Positions 12,304 to 24,342 of a stretch of 64,000 nt of DNA are shown piece after piece. The DNA comes from Raja brachyura (Eukaryota): NCBI GenBank assembly GCA_963514005.1, contig OY740826.1, positions 2,728,001 through 2,792,000 on the forward strand, in the 5' to 3' direction. Both the position numbers and the translations under genes were made by a program. The number at the start of each line of letters is the position of its first letter. The stretch's first letter is position 1. The notes beneath the pieces are model-generated. The model had not been told where the DNA came from. It searched no databases and saw only the letters and a program-made list of their open reading frames with translations.

Positions 12304-15300
12304 TCAGTATCCCGTACCTGCCTTCTCTCCATACCCCCTGATCCCTTTAGCCACAAGTGCCACATCTAACGCCCTCTTAAATATAGCCAATGAACTGGCC
12401 TCAACTACCTTCTGTGGCAGAGAATTCCAGAGACTCACCACTCTCTGTGTAAAGAATGTTTTCCTCATTTCGGTCCTAAAGGAATTCCCCCTTATCCTTA
12501 GACTGTGACCCCTTGTTCTGGACTCCCCCAACATCGGGAACAATCTTCCAGCATCTAGCTTGTCCAACCCCTTAAGAATTTTGTAGGTTTCTATAAGATC
12601 CCCCCTCAATCTTCTAAATTCCATCGAGTACAAACCGAGTCTATCCAATCTTTCCTCATATGAAAGTCCTGACATCCCAGGAATCAGTCTGGTGAATCTT
12701 CTCTGTACCCCCTCTATGGCAAGGATGTCTTTCCTCAGATTTGGAGACCAAAACTGTACGCAGTACTCCAGGTGTGGCCTCACCAAAACCCTGTACAACT
12801 GCAGTAGAACCTCCCTGCTCCTATACTCAAATCCTTTCGCTATGAATGCTAACATACCATTTGCTTTCTTCACTGCCTGCTGCACCTGCATGCCTACTTT
12901 CAATGACTGGTGTACCATGACACCCAGGTCTCGTTGCATCTCCCCCTTACCTAATCTGCCACCATTCAGATAATAGTCTACCCTCATGTTTTTGCCACCA
13001 AAGTGGATAACCTCACATTTATCCACATTGTACTGCATCTGCCATGCGTCTGCCCATTCACTCAGCCTATCCAAATCACCCTGCAGCCTCCAAGCATCCT
13101 CCTCACCCCTAACTATACCCCCCAGCTTGGTATCATCTGCAAATTTGGAGATGTTGCATTGAATTCCCTCGTCCAAATCATTAATATATATTGTAAATAG
13201 CTGGGGTCCCAGCACTGAGCCTTGCGGCACCCCACTAGTCACTGCCTGCCATTCTGAAAAGGACCCGTTTACTCCTACCCTTTGCCTCCTGTCTGCTAGC
13301 CAGTTCTCTATCCACATCAATACTGAACCCCCAATACCGTGTGCTTTAAGTTTGTATGCTAATCTCTTATGCGGGACCTTGTCGAAAGCCTTCTGAAAGT
13401 CTAGATATAACACATCCACTGGTTCTCCCTTATCCACTCTACTAGTTACATCCTCGAAAAATTCTATCAGATTTGTCAGACATGATTTACCTTTCGTAAA
13501 TCCATGCTGACTTTGTCCAATGATTTCACCACTTTCCAAATGCGCTGCTATCCCATCTTTAATAACTGACTCTAGCAGTTTCCCCACTACCGATGTTAGA
13601 CTAACTGGTCTGTAATTCCCCGCTTTCTCTCTCCCTCCTTTTTTAAAAAGTGGGGTTACATTAGCTACCCTCCAATCCTCAGGAACTACTCCAGAATCTA
13701 AGGAATTTTGAAAAATTATCACTAATGCATCCACTATTTCTGTGGCTACCTCCTTGAGTACTCTGGGATGCAGACTATCTGGCCCTGGGGATTTATCGGC
13801 CTTCAATCCGTTCAATTTACCCAACACCACCTCCCGGCTAACCTGGATTTCACTCAGTTCCTCCATCTTATTTGACCTCCGTTCAACTGCTATTTCCGGC
13901 AGATTATTTATGTCTTCCTTGGTGAAGACAGAACCAAAGTAGTTATTCAATGGTCTGCCATGTCCTTGTTCCCCATGATCAATTCACCTGTTTCTGACTG
14001 CAAGGGACCAACATTTGTTTTAACTAGTCTCTTTCTCTTTACATATCTATAAAAACCTTTGCAGTCAGTTTTTATGTTCCCTGCCAGTTTCCTTTCATAA
14101 TCTATTTTCCCTTTCCTAATTAAGCCCTTTGTCCTCCTCTGCTGGATTCTGAATTTCTCCCAGTCCTCCGGTAGGCTGCTTTTTCTGGCAAATTTGTATG
14201 CCTCATCTTTTGTTTTTATACTATCCCTGATTTCCCTTGTTATCCATGGATGCACCACCTTCCCCGATTTATTCTTTTGCCAAACTGGTATGAACAACTT
14301 TTGTACTTCATCCATGCAGTCTTTAAATACCTTCCATTGCACATCCACTGTCAACCCTTTAAGAATCACCTGCCAGTCTATCTTGGCCAATTCACATCTC
14401 ATACCTTCAAAGTTACCTTTGTTCAAGTTCAGAACCCTTGTTTCTGACTTAATTTTGTCACTCTCCATCCTAATGAAGAACTCAACCATATTATGGTCAC
14501 TCTTGCCCAAGGGGCCACGCACAACAAGACTGCTAACTAACCCTTCCTCATTACTCAATACCCAGTCTAGAATAGCCTGCTCTCTCGTTGGTTCCTCCAC
14601 ATGTTGGTTGAGAAAACTATCCCGCATACATTCCAGGAAATCCTCTTCCTCAGCACCCCTGCCAATTTGATTCACCCAATCTACATGCAGATTGAAGTCA
14701 CCCATTATAACCGTGTTACCCTTGTTGCACGCATTTCTAATTTCCTGTTTGATGCCATCCCCAACTCCAATACTACTGTTAGGTGGCCTGTACACAGTTC
14801 CCACTAGCGTTTTCTGCCCCTTAGAGTTTCGCAGCTCTACCCATATCGATTCCACATCCTCCACGCTAATGTCCTTCCTTTCTATTGCATTAATCTCCTC
14901 TCTCACCAGCAACACTACCCCACCTCCTTTTCCTTTTCGTCTATCCCTCCTGAATATTGAATATCCCTGGATGTTCAGCTCCCACCCTTGGTCATCCTAG
15001 AGCCAAGTCTCCGTGATTCCAACTATAGCATAGTCATTAATCGCTATCTGCACCTTCAACTCATCCACCTTATTACGAATGCTCCTCGCATTGAGACACA
15101 AAGCCTTCAGGCTTGTTTTTACAACACTCTTACTCCTTATACAATTATGTTGACAAGTGGCCCCTTTCACATCGATCCCTATTACACTTGGCCATACTCT
15201 CCTATCCCTTTGTGAGCTTTCTTCCCCGTTAATTCTGGGGTCATTAACCATCGCTTTACTCTCTTTCCCTCTAACTCCGTCCTCGACTATCCCATTTGAT

Positions 15301-15377
15301 ACCCCACCCCCCTTATTCAGTTTAAAACCATCCGTGTAGCAGTGGCAAACCTGCCGGCCAGAATGCTGGTCCCCCAC
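12304..15377 (-). pseudogene. CR1 ORF2 (APE endonuclease plus reverse transcriptase), disrupted
   Basis: LNARSIRNK, GITETWL, MGDFN, SDH, NYRPVSLTS, YLDFQKAFDKV, GVPQGSVLGP and KFADD motifs. Stop at about 14997 and frameshift at about 13947-13950. Confidence 0.93.
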
Positions 15378-16290
15378 CTGTTAAGATGCAATCCGTCCCT
15401 TTTGTACAGTTCCCCCTTACTATAAAAAAAATCCCAGTGATCTAAGAATCTAAATCCCTGCCCCCTGCACCAGTTCCTCAGCCACACATTCAGGTCCCAT
15501 ATCTCCCTGTTCCTGCTCTCGCCAGCACGAGGAACTGGAAGCAAACCGGAGATAACAACCCTGGAAGTCCTGCTTTTCAGCATTTTTCCGAGCTCTCTGA
15601 AGTCCCGCTGCAAAAAATTCATCTCCTTCTTTCCAACATCATTTGTGCCAACATGCACGACCACTTCCGGCTGGTCACCTTCGCCCTTGAGGATTGTCTG
15701 CACTCTGTCCGTAACATCCTGGATCCTGGCACCAGGAAGGCAGCACACCATCCTGGAATCCCGTCTGTTGCCGCAAAAACCCCTGTCCATACCTCTCACA
15801 ATGGAGTCTCCAACTACAATGGCGTTGCCCGACTTTGGCCTCTGTGGGTTTGGCAAGCCAGTCCGCCGCTCAGTGGGATACCGTCTTCTGTCCCGGCAGC
15901 TTCCACGTGGGTGAACCTGTTCACAAGAGGTACAACACCCGGGGACCTTTGCATCCCATGTTTTCCTCCCTTTCTCACCGTCACCCACCTTCTCTCTTCT
16001 AGTGCCTTTGGTGTAACAATCTCGCTGAAGGACTTGTCGAGAAACGACTCAGTTTCTCGAATGAACCCGAGGTCATCCACTTGTTTCTCCAGTTCCCCAA
16101 CACGGTCCTTCAGGAGCTGTACCTGGATGCACTTCTCACATTTGTAGCATCCAGAGGCACCAGCAGTGTCCTTGACCTCCCACATACTGCAAGCATCACA
16201 CTGCATCAGCTTGCTTGACATCTTCTTTTGCCTCGGTCTCGCCCTATCCAGTATTTTGCGCAGCCTCCTCGCCGAAAACTCTCGAGCCAA
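15317..16290 (-). pseudogene. CR1 ORF1 (zinc finger/leucine zipper plus SGNH esterase), frameshifted
   Basis: CDACSMW...CYKCEKC...LKDRVGELEKQV in 15814..16290. VVGDSIVR, CLPGA, VHVGTND and DGLHLN (SGNH blocks) in 15317..15988. Confidence 0.9.
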
Positions 16291-16430
16291 AGACTCACAC
16301 TTTACTCACAGGGCACTTCCCTCACAAGACCACTCCCTCACTGCCTCTCCCCAAGAGCTGCCTTGCTTATATTGACTGTTCAATTGCCTAATTTACAAAC
16401 CAAATTCCTCAGTTTTGAGGAACTGCTTTC

Positions 16431-16833
16431 CCCCTCTGACTCACTGAGAACTCTCCTCCCACTTGGGCTAGAGCCAATCAGTGCTTTCTCCTGCTTCTCT
16501 TTGTTGCTGTTGCTTCAAAATCCACGGGAAGACTGAGTGAAGTCTGCCTGTGCTTTGCCTCTCCTTTTTAACTGCTCTCCCCCTCTGACTCACTGAGAAC
16601 TCTCCTCCCACTTGGGCTAGAGCCAATCAGTGCTTTCTCCTGCTTCTCTTTGTTGCTGTTGCTTCAAAATCCACGGGAAGACTGAGTGAAGTCTGCCTGT
16701 GCTTTGCCTCTCCTTTTTAACTGCTCTCCCCCTCTGACTCACTGAGAACTCTCCTCCCACTTGGGCTAGAGCCAATCAGTGCTTTCTCCTGCTTCTCTTT
16801 GTTGCTGTTGCTTCAAAATCCACGGGAAGACTG
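16431..16833. repeat. About 149-bp tandem monomers (about 2.7 copies) at the CR1 5' end
   Basis: Units start at about 16431, 16580 and 16729, are near-identical, and each contains GAGCCAATCA (a CCAAT box). Confidence 0.9.
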
Positions 16834-17768
16834 TGCAAGGCAGCTCTTGGGAAGACTACCTCCTGTGGCAGCTTGTTCCTTGCACCAACCACCCTTTGTG
16901 AAAAAGTTACCTCTCAGATTCCTATTAACTTTTTTCCCCCCTCTCACCTTAAACCTATTTCTTTTGGTCCTCGATTCACCTACTCTGGGCAAAAGGCTCT
17001 GTGTGTCTACCCAATCTATTCCTCTCATGATTTTATGCACCTCCATAAGAGCACCCATCATCTTCATGCATGCAATGAATAGTATCCCAGCCGACCCATT
17101 CCTGGCAACATCCTCACCAATCTTCTCCGTACCCTTTCCAGCTGTAAACATCTTTCCTATCACACGGTGCCCAGAACTGAATGCACATATTCTAAATGCG
17201 GCTTCACCAACAACGTACACAACTACAACATGACCTCCCAATTTCTAAACTGTGCGAACTGTGTGAGCAGGTGTGAATGGGTCAATTGATAGGTGGATAC
17301 AGGTGAGGGGGGCAGATGATTAGACTAGGTGGGTGAATCTAAGACCAGAGGTCATAGCCCCAGAATTGAAGGATGTTCTTTTGGGAAGGCGATAGAAACA
17401 TACAGTGGCTTGCAAAAGTTTTCATACCACATTTTGTCACGTTACAACCATAAACGTAAATGTATTTTATTGGGATTTTATGTGATAGACCAACACAAAG
17501 TGGCGCATAATTGTGAAGTGGAAGGAAAATGGTACATGGTTTTCAATTTTTTTTTACAAATAAAAAACTGAAAAGTGTGGCTTGCAAAAGTATTCAGCCC
17601 CCTTTACTCTGATACCCCTAAATAAAATCCAGTGCAACCAATTGCCTACAGAAGTCACCTAATTAGTAAATAGAGTCCACTTGTGTGTAATCTAATCTCA
17701 GTATAAATCCAGCTGTTTTGTGAAGGCCTCAGAGGTTTGTTAGAGAACATTAGTGAACAAACAGCATC

Positions 17769-18784
17769 ATGAAGCCCAAGGAACACACCAGACAGGTCAG
17801 GGATAAAGTTGTGGAGAAGTTTAAAGCAGGGTCAGGTTATAAAAAAATATCCCAAGCTTTGAACATCTCACGGAGCACTGTTCAATCCATCATCCGAAAA
17901 TGGAAAGAGTATGGCACAACTGCAAGCCTACCAAGACATGGCCTTCCACCTAAACTGACAGGCCAGGCAAGGAGAGCATTGATCAGAGAAGCAGCCAAGA
18001 GGCCCGTGGTAACTCTGGAGGAGCTGCAGAGATCCATAGCTCAGGTGGGAGAATCTGTCCACAGGACAACTATTAGTCGTGCACTCCACAAATGGGGCCT
18101 TTATGGAAGAGCGGCAAGAAGAAAGCCATTGTTGAAACAAAGCCATAAGGAGTCCCATTTGCAGTTTGCCACAAGCCATGTGGGGGACACAGCAAACATG
18201 TGGAGGAAGGTGCTCTGGTCTGATGAGACCAAAATTGAAGTTTTTGGCCTAAATGCAAAACGCTACGTGTGGCGGAAAACTAACACTGCACATCACCCTG
18301 AACACACCATCCCCACTGTGAAACATGGTGGTGGCAGCATCATGCTGTGCGGATGCTTTTCTTCAGCAGGGACAGGGAAGCTGGTCAGAGTTGATGGGAA
18401 AATGGATGGAGCCAAATACAGGGCATTCTTGGAAGAAAACATGTTAGAGTCTGCAAAAGACTTGAGACTGTGGCGGAGGTTCACCTTCCAGCATGTCAAC
18501 GACCCTAAACATACAGCCAGAGCTACAATGGAATGGTTTAGATCAAAGCATATTCATGCGTTAGAATGGCCCAAAGTCCAGACCTAAACCCAATTGAGAA
18601 TCTCTGGCAAGACTTGAAAATTGCTGTTCACAGGCGCTCTCCATCCAATCTGACTGAGCTTGAGCTATTTTGCAAAGAAGAATGGGCAAAAATTTCAGTC
18701 TCTAGATGTGCAAAGCTGGTAAAGACACACCCCAAAAGACTTGCAGCTGTAATTGTAGAACCACCTTTTGCTGCAAAGTATTGA
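17769..18784 (+). pseudogene. Tc1 transposase, inactivated
   Basis: Paired-like HTH, WSDETK, TVKHGGGSIM and SPDLNPIENLW motifs. The second catalytic Asp motif reads FQHVNDPKH (D replaced by V), and there is a frameshift at about 18570. Confidence 0.92.
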
Positions 18785-19393
18785 CTCAGGGGGGCAGAAT
18801 ACTTTTGCACACCACACTTTTTAGCTTTTTATTTGTAATAAAATTTGGAAACCATGTATAATTTTCCTTCCACTTCACAATTATGCACCACTTTGTGTTG
18901 ATCTATCACATAAAATAGTAAGATTAAACGAGAACTTACCAGTTCGAAGGTTGATCTATATTTCATGAGGAGTTGCGATGAGGTATTTCGTGAAGAACCC
19001 GCCAGCACGCATGCGCGACATTCTTCAAAGTAGCGGTGTGGAATCACAGAAACCAACAACAGAAATGACTTGGCATAGTAAGATTGAAGAGACTCTAATT
19101 ACCAGTTGAGTATGATCGAGGGTTGGGAGTGGAGGGCACGAAATCCCTCATCGCAACTCCTCATGAAATAAAGATCAACCTTCGAACTGGTAAGTTCTCG
19201 TTTAATCTTACTATTTCATTTCGGAGTCACGTGAGTGACTTCGTGAAGACTTCAAAGCTTCTGTGATTGCACGCCCTGGACCACGTCCATGCTGACACAC
19301 CACTAGCAAGGATGGATGGGAGTAAACAATTTTCCAAACTGCTTATACTGAAAAACAAGAATAATATTTATAAATAACAAAGCAAAAAAAACC

Positions 19394-20383
19394 TTATTCG
19401 GGGACATCTCCACGTTCTTGACCTGCATTCAGCATGGCCTCCGCGAACTGTAGAGGAGCAGCAACAGGCTTGTTGTAAAATCGCTGAAATACAGCTTCAT
19501 TCGCCCATCCTGCTGTAGCGAGAATATGGTCCATGGGCACCTCCATGACCCTCGCTGCCGACGTTGATGCAGCCCTGGTGGAATGGGATTTGAAGACATT
19601 AGTGTCGATACCTGACTTACCCAAGACGATCCTGAGCCACCTGGATATCGTCTGGACTGTCACTAGATGGTGAGGTTTCTTGTGAGTGACAAGCAGGTAT
19701 TTCTCCATTCCCCTTATGTTTCTCGTCACCTTGACATAGTGACGGATATGGGCGGCTAAACAGAGCCTTGCATCTGCGGGGTATGCCGGGAACTTCAGCT
19801 GCAGCCCTGTGCACCCAGGTCTATGCTGCTTTAGTAGCTCATCGATAAAGAAGACTACTTCTGCAGGGGTAGAGATCATCCTGTCAATCCGGATTTTATG
19901 CAGTGTCTGTACCCTCTGCGCTGAAGTCAGTGCTAGTAACATCACCAGTTTCATGGTGAGTTTGTCCAGCTCTAGCCCTTCCATGGGCGACCACGTCCTG
20001 AGCAGGGTTAGTACTTTCCTGACATCCCAGGTGATATTATAGCATGGTCTAGGTGGATTCGAATTGAATATACCCCGCATGAGCCTGGACACCAGCCTGT
20101 TGGATCCTACCTCAATATTGAGGTAGAATGACAGTGCGCTTCTGGCGCTGTTGATGGCACTGTAGCTCAAGTGTTCATCATGGTGCAACCCCGCGAGGAA
20201 TTCCAATACGTCGGCTATGGATGCATCGTCATATGTGATTTGAGAGCGGCCACAGTAGGCTTCCCATTTTCGGATGTGGGAGAGGTATTGCCGCCTGGTG
20301 GACTCCCGGCACGATGCTCCAATGGTATCCATAGTTCTGAGTGACAGGCCATACTGCAGTAATGGCCGGTTTAGAATCTGCAA
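19394..20383 (-). CDS. DIRS-A tyrosine recombinase, intact ORF of 329 aa
   Basis: SAM-like N-terminal region (FLAGL...SYSAINSARSALS) and catalytic motifs TSAQRV, HSTRAAS, AGW and FQRFYNKP. Confidence 0.93.
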   Translation of the reverse strand: MQILNRPLLQYGLSLRTMDTIGASCRESTRRQYLSHIRKWEAYCGRSQITYDDASIADVLEFLAGLHHDEHLSYSAINSARSALSFYLNIEVGSNRLVSRLMRGIFNSNPPRPCYNITWDVRKVLTLLRTWSPMEGLELDKLTMKLVMLLALTSAQRVQTLHKIRIDRMISTPAEVVFFIDELLKQHRPGCTGLQLKFPAYPADARLCLAAHIRHYVKVTRNIRGMEKYLLVTHKKPHHLVTVQTISRWLRIVLGKSGIDTNVFKSHSTRAASTSAARVMEVPMDHILATAGWANEAVFQRFYNKPVAAPLQFAEAMLNAGQERGDVPE

Positions 20384-22373
20384 GCCAATAAATTCAGATA
20401 GCTATGGCAAGGATGTGGCTCCCCCGACACAGGGTTAGTGACCAATTGTGGGCAACCCTCTAAGAGGACCCAAGGCTGACTGATCATGTCAAAGACCACC
20501 GGATACCATGGTGGTCAGTCGGGTATAATAAGAATGCCCTTAGCAGCATCCATCTGGATTTTCTGCAATACCCGACTGATGAGGCAAAATGGGGGGAATG
20601 CATAGAAAAACCAATTCCCCCAGTCCAGCGAGAATGCATCCATCGCCATTGCACCAGGATCTGGTTCCCACGAAACGTATGTTGGTACCTGATGGTTCAA
20701 CCGTGACGCAAAGAGGTCGATATCCGGTTTACCAAATTTAGCTGTAATTTTAGCGAAGATTTGAGGATGCAACATCCACTCGATGTTGTCATTAAACTTG
20801 CGTGACCTGGTGTCTGCCACAGTATTGAGCTCACCTGGTAAATAGGTAGCTGAAATCCAAATATTCCGTTGAATACACCAGAGCCAAATTGTATTAGCCA
20901 ATTCATCACATGAAATTGATCTGGTACCGCCCATATGGTTTAAATATGCCACCGCAGTGGTATTGTCTATTTGGATACGGACATGAGCGTCTGTAAGATT
21001 GGAACAATAAGCTCGAAGTCCGTGAAATGCTGCAAGCATCTCCAAATAGTTTATCCCTTGTGACAACAACATAGTAGATTCAAGGGTGTCCCATCTTCCC
21101 CCGCAACTGGAGTAGTTGTCCGTAGCTCCCCAGCCATAGGAGCTTGCATCGGTTTGCAAGTATACCATCGGATTGGGCACAATAATGGGTTTAAATGAGT
21201 CACTAATATGGTCCACCCACCACTGTAACTCAATCTTAGCTTTAAGAGGCAGCTGCATTGATCTATCGAAATGACCGGCGTTCTGTTTTAACGCAGAGAT
21301 CTTGGCTCTTTGCAAATTTTGATAATGCAAAGGCCCATATTGGGCTGCTGGAAACAATGCTACGATCTTGCCAATCACCTTAGCAGTTTGCCTAATTGAT
21401 GGTATACTGGCACAGGCTAAATCTTGACATGCTTGGGTGACATCCCGAACCTTGTTAGCCGGTATGGTGGCCCTCATGCGATTGGAATCCACAGTGAACC
21501 CCAGATAATCCATAACCTGTGAAGGGCAGAACTTCGATTTATCTGGATGGACAATAAACCCCATTTCCTGAAAAAGTGCCACAGTGGCTGAGACTACATG
21601 TTCAGCCGACTCCAGGGTGTTGCCAACAATCAATATATCATCCAAATAGGCCATCACTATATGATGTTGCTTCCGTAGCCTGGCCATAATGGGTTTCAGT
21701 AATTTAGTAAACAATCTAGGGGCGGTAGTAAGCCCATTTGGCAAAGCCCTGTATTGCCAGAGTTGATCCATCCAGACAAATTTTAAGAACTTCCTGTGGT
21801 GTTTCCGAATGGATACAGAATAGTATGCATCTTTTAAATCAATGCATGCCATAAAGCAGCCATGAGAAAGCAATGACTTGGCTGTTTCGAAAGTGTCCAT
21901 TTTGAAATGGGTGTAAGTTACAAAAGTATTCAAATGGGTCAGATCAATAATAACCCGACATCCTACATCCTTCTTGGGCCTGGTAAATATATTTGATACA
22001 AATTCAATTGGTTCGTGTATAGTTTTTTCTATCACGCCTTTTTCTTCTAACCTTAAGATCTCAGCAAGCCTGCTGCCTGGTCAACGGCAGACAGTGTAAA
22101 TGTCCGATTGGGCATATACTGGGATGGAAGAATGTCGCCGTTAATAAATTCAATTTCATGACCTTGAATACTTTGTAAAATAAATTTATCGGAAGTGATA
22201 GTTTCCCACGCCTCCAAGAAAGACCGAAGGCGCCCACCAACATGTGAAGTTAAACACACAGGTACATGAAAACCAGACCGCCTTACCTTCCTGGTTACCG
22301 GCAGTCCCTGACATGTTTGGCGGGTCGTGGAGGTGCTGGGTTGGGCTGGTGCTGTGGCGTCCGCATCTTCCAC
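20370..22373 (-). pseudogene. DIRS-A RT-RNaseH-DNA adenine methyltransferase-like ORF
   Basis: CIDLKDAY, LPNGL and AYLDD (RT); TDASSYGWG, INYLEM and QIDNTTA (RNase H); DIDLFAS and YAFPPF (MT-like). Frameshift at about 22040-22053 and a TGA replacing Trp at 20515-20517. Confidence 0.92.
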
Positions 22374-24091
22374 GGAGGCCGTTGCGGGCCTTGCCCTAAA
22401 AAAGGCCGTGGCTGCTGGGGCTGCTGGTATTGAGGAGGAGCTGGAGCGTAGGTCCGTGTCGGTCTGGAGACAGGGCCTCGTGGCCTAATAAATGGCGCTT
22501 TCTTGGCCGGCGGCCTGGGGGCGATCTGAGACCGCATGAGTCCCACCGTTTTGGCATGTTCATCCAGCTCCTTAACCCTCTTCGGGAGGTCTTCCCTGAA
22601 CAGCTGTCTGGGCGGTGGTGGAGGAGGCGCCTTGCACAACCCAGCAAATTTTGGGTTGAGCGTGGGGCGGATGCTGCTTTTCCTGAAGGCATTTATTTTG
22701 TGCTGAGTAGCACATAGCAGCGCGAGAGCATCCTCCTGCTCTAGGTTGAGGTCCTTTCCATCCACCGACCGCGCAAACACGGTGATTCCAGCCGTGAGCA
22801 GCCTCAGGATGCGTTGGAGCTTGATCTCCTGAGTCCTGATGGCTGTGCCTATGTTGCCCCAGATCGGCGTATTGACCACGGGCACGTTGAGGGAGTTACA
22901 GTTGGATGGGGCTTTGTGCCTGTTGATGGCCTGTGGTAGAACTTCCTCCTGGAGCTGGTGGTTAGTGAGGAAGTCCACAGTGGCAGCCAGTTTGGGGTTG
23001 AGGGGAAGTCCCGCTGTTTCCGGAGAAGCAAATTTCGCCGCCACATCCAGGAGTTCCTCCTGCGGCACCTCGGATGGAACCGGTGTAGGGTCTGAAAATT
23101 CCTCCTCTTCTGGCTGCCTCAGGCTGGCTGTTGAGACTGGTGAAACCTCCCTGTGCCCTTCGATGCTGGATGCCTCCTGCCGTTGGTTCTGTAAAAGGAG
23201 CTCCAACATCCGTTCCATATGGTCAATACGCCCTTCGCCCTGAACACTCGGGCGGTCGGAGTCCTCATGCTCTGATATACTGCTGAGGCTCCTTTCATCG
23301 GCCCGCACCTCGTCGAGGTGAACCCGGTGCCGGAAGTTGTCGCTGCCAGCCGCCGCAGCAAAGCTGAGCGATTCCCGCGCGGGAGGCGTGTTCAAACGCC
23401 TTTGTTTGGCGGAGCCTAATGCCGCTGCCACGGAGGGCAAATGCGGCGGGGAGCCGGCACCCAATGCCTCAGCACGGTGACCCAATGCCCGCGCGGGCTT
23501 GCCGGCTGCCCACATCGTGGACCTTGCCGAAGCATGGTCTCGTCCTCCCATCCATGGGGGACTCGGCGACCGTGGCGGGACTCCTCCCAAATGCCCCGTC
23601 CCGGCCTCGGTGGTTGGGGAGTCAACACTGGACCTCGCAGTGGACTTGAGTCCCGCCTTTGCACCAGTCCGCTGTTTGGCGGCAGGTGATGCCTTTGCCC
23701 CTGAGGGGTTAGGCTTCCGGGCTCCATCCCTCCTTCTTTTCCGAGGGCTGAGGGAGAAGGGCCGTGCAGCCGCACGCGAGCCCTTGCCCAGGTCCGCCAA
23801 CGGGCCCGTTGGCGACCTCAATGCGGAGGCAGGGTCTACCTGCTCCGGCGGCACACCGCAGTCCAGCTCCTCGAACTCCTCCCCGGAGCTGCGGTGTATC
23901 AGCGGGTCTGGTCCTGCAACAACAGGGCTCCCCGGTTTCCCCGCCTTCTTCCCGGCCTGTCTCGCAGGTGCAGCCGATGATGAGGGCTCCGGGACAGGTG
24001 GCCGGCGACTCCGGACGGATGTCTTGCGGCCTCTCGAACTCCCCTCCAACCTCTTGCTGAAAGAGAAAAAAGTACTTGCAGCAAGGACCAA
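22295..24091 (-). CDS. DIRS-A gag-like ORF1
   Basis: Open frame of 598 codons in the ORF1 position. Its C-terminal half (LNPKLAA...PSNCNSLNVPVVNTPIWG...QEIKLQ...IRPTLNPKFAGLC) is homologous to the DIRS-B ORF1 remnants. Confidence 0.85.
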   Translation of the reverse strand: MVLAASTFFSFSKRLEGSSRGRKTSVRSRRPPVPEPSSSAAPARQAGKKAGKPGSPVVAGPDPLIHRSSGEEFEELDCGVPPEQVDPASALRSPTGPLADLGKGSRAAARPFSLSPRKRRRDGARKPNPSGAKASPAAKQRTGAKAGLKSTARSSVDSPTTEAGTGHLGGVPPRSPSPPWMGGRDHASARSTMWAAGKPARALGHRAEALGAGSPPHLPSVAAALGSAKQRRLNTPPARESLSFAAAAGSDNFRHRVHLDEVRADERSLSSISEHEDSDRPSVQGEGRIDHMERMLELLLQNQRQEASSIEGHREVSPVSTASLRQPEEEEFSDPTPVPSEVPQEELLDVAAKFASPETAGLPLNPKLAATVDFLTNHQLQEEVLPQAINRHKAPSNCNSLNVPVVNTPIWGNIGTAIRTQEIKLQRILRLLTAGITVFARSVDGKDLNLEQEDALALLCATQHKINAFRKSSIRPTLNPKFAGLCKAPPPPPPRQLFREDLPKRVKELDEHAKTVGLMRSQIAPRPPAKKAPFIRPRGPVSRPTRTYAPAPPQYQQPQQPRPFLGQGPQRPPWKMRTPQHQPNPAPPRPAKHVRDCR

Positions 24092-24342
24092 CCAACTTAA
24101 GGTTAGTACAACTTACCTTAGCGGTCCCTTATGAAGGACTGGCGGGGAGCGCACCCCACCGCCAGCCGTCGACAGCAACGCGTTGCGATGATATGTCGCG
24201 CATATATGCTGGCGGGTTCTTCACGAAGTCACTCACGTGACTCCGAAATGAAATCCCAATTAAATACATTTACGTTTGTGGTTGTAACGTGACAAAATGT
24301 GGAAAAGTTCAAGGGGTATGAAAACATTTGCAAGCCACTGTA

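Larger units (their letters stand above)
12204..16833 (-). mobile_element. Near full-length CR1 LINE
   Basis: 5' tandem repeats, ORF1 (zinc finger plus SGNH esterase), ORF2 (APE-RT) and a 3' tail seen as (CATAGAAA)n on the plus strand at 12204-12228. Confidence 0.95.
18917..24254 (-). mobile_element. DIRS1-like tyrosine-recombinase retrotransposon, near intact (DIRS-A)
   Basis: gag, RT/RNaseH/MT and YR ORFs; inverted terminal repeats (about 18987-19021 versus 24193-24227); an internal complementary region (about 19136-19250) that is the joined complement of both termini; inserted at a shared AAAT core with no TSD. Confidence 0.95.
17403..24340 (+). mobile_element. Tc1-like DNA transposon (IR/DR type), right TIR interrupted by a DIRS element
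   Basis: TA|CAGTGGCTTGCAAA at 17401 and TTTGCAAGCCACTG|TA at 24340-24342. TIRs are about 200 bp, with the direct repeat TGGCTTGCAAAAGT recurring at about 17578. Confidence 0.95.

Noticed and set aside
12692-15000. Plus-strand ORFs over CR1 (likewise antisense ORFs over DIRS gag and Tx1)
   Set aside because: Antisense shadows of retroelement coding sequence, recurring in each copy.
19394-22035. Prophage or bacterial contamination (integrase plus Dam methylase)
   Set aside because: Both domains are standard DIRS components, enclosed by DIRS termini and the ICR.
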